64,000 nt of DNA from positions 16,430,001-16,494,000 of the forward strand of contig OZ024752.1 of the NCBI GenBank assembly GCA_964016885.1, read 5' to 3'. Positions 60,152-64,000 of the stretch are shown piece by piece; positions within the stretch are counted from its first letter, which is position 1, and the number at the start of each line of letters is the position of its first letter. This stretch comes from Eledone cirrhosa (Eukaryota). Under the pieces are notes generated by a model. It saw nothing but the letters and a program-made list of their open reading frames with translations, was not told where the DNA came from and did no database searches. Both the position numbers and the translations under genes were made by a program.

Positions 60152-60356
60152 CTATATTTTTGAATAAACATATTTTCCTTATTTATTCATATTTGTTCTG
60201 TTGTATTGTCAGCGCAAAATTAAATGGGAAGACTTGGAATTTGGGTGTCTTATTAATAAGACACCCAAATTCTAAGTCTTCTCATTTAATTTTGCGCTGA
60301 CAATACAACAGAACAAATACAAATAAATAAGGAAAATATGTCTATTCAAAACATAG
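60152..60356. repeat. About 205-bp near-perfect palindrome
   Basis: Centred on ...gggtgtcttattaataagacaccc... (about 60253). The arms differ by only a few substitutions and indels. Confidence 0.95.
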
Positions 60357-60399
60357 GTTTTCATACTTACACCAAGGATCATATTTCGACGATATAAGC

Positions 60400-61082
60400 T
60401 AACGATGGTGCCTTTACGTGGCTGTTGGAACTGCTAGAAATATCAATTAAATTCCATCAAATCATACTCTATAGTTATGAGATAAAAAGTACAGATTGGA
60501 TAATGTTTTCATAGATATACAAAACGTCTGGATGGGCAAATTTGGAATGTCATAGGTCTACTTTCATCAGGATTGACTTGGAATCACTAGTCCATCGTAA
60601 GTCAAATTGCAGCAGCCACCCCCTACAAGTTACACTCTACCATTTTTTTTTTAAAAGGAGGGAAGAACACGATGGATAAAGTAGTTCCAGACACCCTAAA
60701 AAGAGTTGAAATGTCTTGTTTGTCGGTCAGGCTCAGATCAATGCTGATAAGTTCTAACTCACTCGATTGTCATCCAGGTAAGATAGTCCCTATATTAAAG
60801 AAGCACCAGAATAAATGTAATGTCTCACGTGTCAGGAAGTATTATGCACCATGAGGAGCATCAAGGCAAGATAACTCCCTTCAATTTTCAGGAAACCACC
60901 ATTTTTTAAAATGGCCAGTTCCTGTCATGTACAGCTATAATCTAGTACAAGGGAGATAACTCCCTACCTGTGAAGAAACAAGAGAAACATGAATCAGAAT
61001 ATCAAAGATGTTCGTGACTAGAATTCTTTTGATTACAATTCTGCTCAGTCCAAGAGATCGCGAGACTAAACAACAACAACAA
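60400..61082 (+). mobile_element. Degenerate retroposon 3'-tail fragments
   Basis: The motif series ..acactctacc..aaaag..ggataa.gt..ag recurs at about 60460-60520 and 60630-60695, and a (CAA)n tail lies at 61068-61083. Confidence 0.35.
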
Positions 61083-62374
61083 CTCCCTATCCTTGTTTAA
61101 TACTAATCTCTAAGTTAACCTTTCCAATGACAAGTTGTTCCCTGGTAGAACTGTTTATGGTGTATCTGCAAACAATGCTTTTTTACCTGAAGCGAATACC
61201 ACGTACATTAATTACATCATACAAATAGTGTTAGACATAAATCCACATAGACCAGTCCATTATAACTAATGTCAGACAAACTGATGCTTTACACTGCATA
61301 CATACACCGGCTCTATCTTAAAATGTTTCTGCTTAGTATCAGACCTCGTTTTTTTACGTAGAATATATCATTTAATTATATAAATGACATTTATACACTT
61401 AACTGTTGGTCAATCATTGATAAACATTGATTACCAGCTAAATTACTTATATGAATTATTTATATAAATATACTGAAGTGAAAACCAAACCAAATAGAGT
61501 GTGTGTTTCACTATTTTTGGCAATATTAGTACAACATGACCCTCCCCAAATATAACAATAATATTTAAACTTTGATACAAAAGTAGCAACATTCTTAAGC
61601 AACTTCGAAATTAAACCCATATTTTCCTTTAACTTGTCCTTCTTTCCCAGAATTCCATACCTCTGGAGTTTCCTTCAAGCCTATATGTTTCTTCTTGTTT
61701 AAGTTGTAAATCGACTGCCTCAATCCCACAGAACTCAGAGGGAGCGTGGTTGAAGTTCATGGACAAAACCATATATAAAATAAATAGAGGAGAGATATTA
61801 AGTAGTGATATATGAGATCTTGCAGCTACTCATGGGATGATGTATTTATCGATTCTGGCAACCTAGATTATGCGTTTATCCATGTAATTCCTACAAAACG
61901 TGCAGTCAAAGTGAAATAATGTGTTGGGCTGTTTGTTTTCCCTTTTAATTACTAGTTGTATGATTCAGTAGTTGTCAGCAGCATCATTTGCATGTTCTTA
62001 ATTTTAATCTTAGTTCTTTTTTAACAAAGGCTTGTGTCTGATTCTATATTGAATATATTTGTGAAGGAGCTGCTTAATACTAATGACTGGAAGGACACAA
62101 TCATTAGTATTAAGTAGCTCGTTAACAATTTATAATTTTGCATAATAACAGGTGTTGTTGATGGTAATAGAGAATTAGAAATTTCCCGGTAACTATCCTT
62201 CTGTTTAGAATGTATATTTATTGCAGCTACACTACACATCAATTCCTTTCATCTCCCATTGTCACCGGGTGTCTTATTTCAATTCCAAGACATGTATATG
62301 GTCTCAAACTAGATTTGGACTAGGAACCGTTATTTCAAAACTAAGGATAACACTATTATTAGTGTTTCAAGAGC

Positions 62375-63000
62375 TTAGATTTGCCTTTCATCCTTAAATG
62401 GTCTAAAAAAACAAAATACCAGTAACGCACTGGGGTCGATTTAATCAACTTTTCCCTCCCCAAAAATCGTTGGCCTTGTACCGAAATCAGAAACCACGTC
62501 CCTTTACGATTTGAGTTCAAATCCCGCCGAGGTTATCTTTGCCTCCTTTCATCCTTACGGGGTCGATAAAATAAAGTACCAGTAATGCACTGGGTAATTG
62601 CTGGCCTTATGCCTAAAGTAGAAACAATTATTATAAGCGGTGGATTGGCAGTATTGGTAGAGGGTCGGACTCCGTGCTTTGACGCATAGAGTTACGTCCC
62701 TTGCCATTCTGAGTTCAAATCTCGCCGAGGTTAACTTTGCCTTTCATCCTTACGGGGTCGATGAAATAAAGAACCAGTAATACACTGGGTAATTGCTGGT
62801 CTTGTGCCAAAAAGTAGAAACAATTATTATTGCAAGAGGGTGATACTTTTGCGGTATTTGTTCCGGTTCGTTACATTCGAACCACAAACCCCACTGAGGT
62901 TAACTTTGCCTTTCATCCTCTCGAGGTCGATAAAATGAAGTACCAGTCAAGTACTGGGATTGATATAATCGAGTTTCTCTTTCCCCTAAAATTCTTATTA
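62375..63000 (+). mobile_element. Tandem cluster of four SINE family A copies (about 62375-62495, 62496-62630, 62635-62830, 62870-63000)
   Basis: The core tttgcctttcatcct..ggtcgataaa..accagt occurs four times. 62635-62830 has the complete tRNA-like head. Confidence 0.9.
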
Positions 63001-63279
63001 TTGCAATTTGATGCATGTATGAAGCTGGTGACAACGATGATCTTACTGATTAACTTTATCACCAAGCTTTATATCTCCCCTTTCCAATGTGATACTATAT
63101 ATGAATCAAGGAAATTGTATTTCTTAGAGGTTTCTTTAGAAATATGAGTCCCGTAATTTAGTGGGTCAACTGAGCATCCCATGAAAGCCTTGTTGATCCG
63201 GTGGATTGTGTGTGACGATGCTAACACTTACGTCTATGTCTCTAAAGTTTGTCTCAAACCCGGAGGTTCGTCAGGCTAG

Positions 63280-63620
63280 TGTTTGGCCCGATTTCTGTGG
63301 CGTTAAGTGACTGAGAGTACAATACTCTTCTACCTGGAAAGGACACAAGCTTTTGCTAGTACTCATTTTCAGCTGAGTATACTGGAGCAACTTGAAATAA
63401 AGTGTTTTGCTCAAGACCACAACACACAACTTAGTCCAGGAATCGTACCGACAACATTATGATCGTAAGTACAAGTGTGTCGTAGAGTTAAACCCGAGCT
63501 ATTGTACTCATTTACAGCTGAGTATACTGGAGCAACGTGAAATGAAATGTTTTGCTCAAGAAGACAAGACACAGCTCAGTCCAGGAATCGAACTCACGGC
63601 TTTATGATCGTAGGCCCTTA
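63280..63620 (-). mobile_element. Two tandem SINE family B fragments
   Basis: gtactcattt.cagctgagtatactggagcaac.tgaaat.aa.tgttttgctcaaga occurs twice and is homologous to 50200-50450. Confidence 0.8.
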
Positions 63621-64000
63621 CCAATAACTCTATACCGACGTTTAAATTGCTTAATGAATAAGTTAATATACATGTCTCCCCGGTATATCGACAGTCGTTC
63701 AACATCCCAGATGTAACTATCATCTTTTGTTCTCTACTATATTACTTGTCAATAACATTTTTACATTTTTCTCCTTTTTGACACTGGGGGAATAGATTGA
63801 AGAAAACGACTGTTAATTCTAGAACGTCAAACAACTGAATAAAGTTTACTTCGTTAGTTCAAGGCTTCCATGTTGCATTTATTGGAGACCCAAACTTACC
63901 CAGGAGATAGACACGGTGCATTAGTCAAAACATGGAGTACTAAGTGATTTGGTTATAGAAATATTACACACATCGATGACTGTAAACAAATGATCAATTA

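Noticed and set aside
62635-62730. tRNA gene
   Set aside because: The A and B boxes belong to a SINE head that continues into the SINE core. No full cloverleaf is evident.
63900-63979. Minus-strand exon with good acceptor (tttgtttacag) and donor (gtaagt)
   Set aside because: All three frames contain stops, so it could only be non-coding or UTR, and this cannot be supported without RNA data.

Overview
This is a repeat-dominated eukaryotic window, probably from a mollusc or cephalopod (inferred from SINE domain motifs). I found no confidently intact cellular gene. About two-thirds (7028-49975) is one 43-kb, strand-asymmetric array of a 14-bp unit (ACCAYCT-ACCAACA, itself a dimer of 7-mers). 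The array has nested higher-order repeats at 1484, 1638, about 6.6-6.7 kb and about 9.1 kb in its left part, and 2.6-3.6 kb in its right part. The left flank holds an 83-bp tandem array ending near a hAT terminal inverted repeat, a 55/60-bp minisatellite, a decayed hAT-Charlie transposase, SINEs and a minimal hammerhead ribozyme. The right flank is a (TA)n-rich nest of Penelope-like element pieces. It includes a 5'-truncated Naiad-type RT + GIY-YIG ORF (one in-frame TGA, one frameshift), a second and a decayed third hammerhead, several long fold-back palindromes, and many tRNA-derived SINEs. Nearly all ORFs in the supplied track are repeat-derived artefacts. All calls were made by eye; no searches were run.
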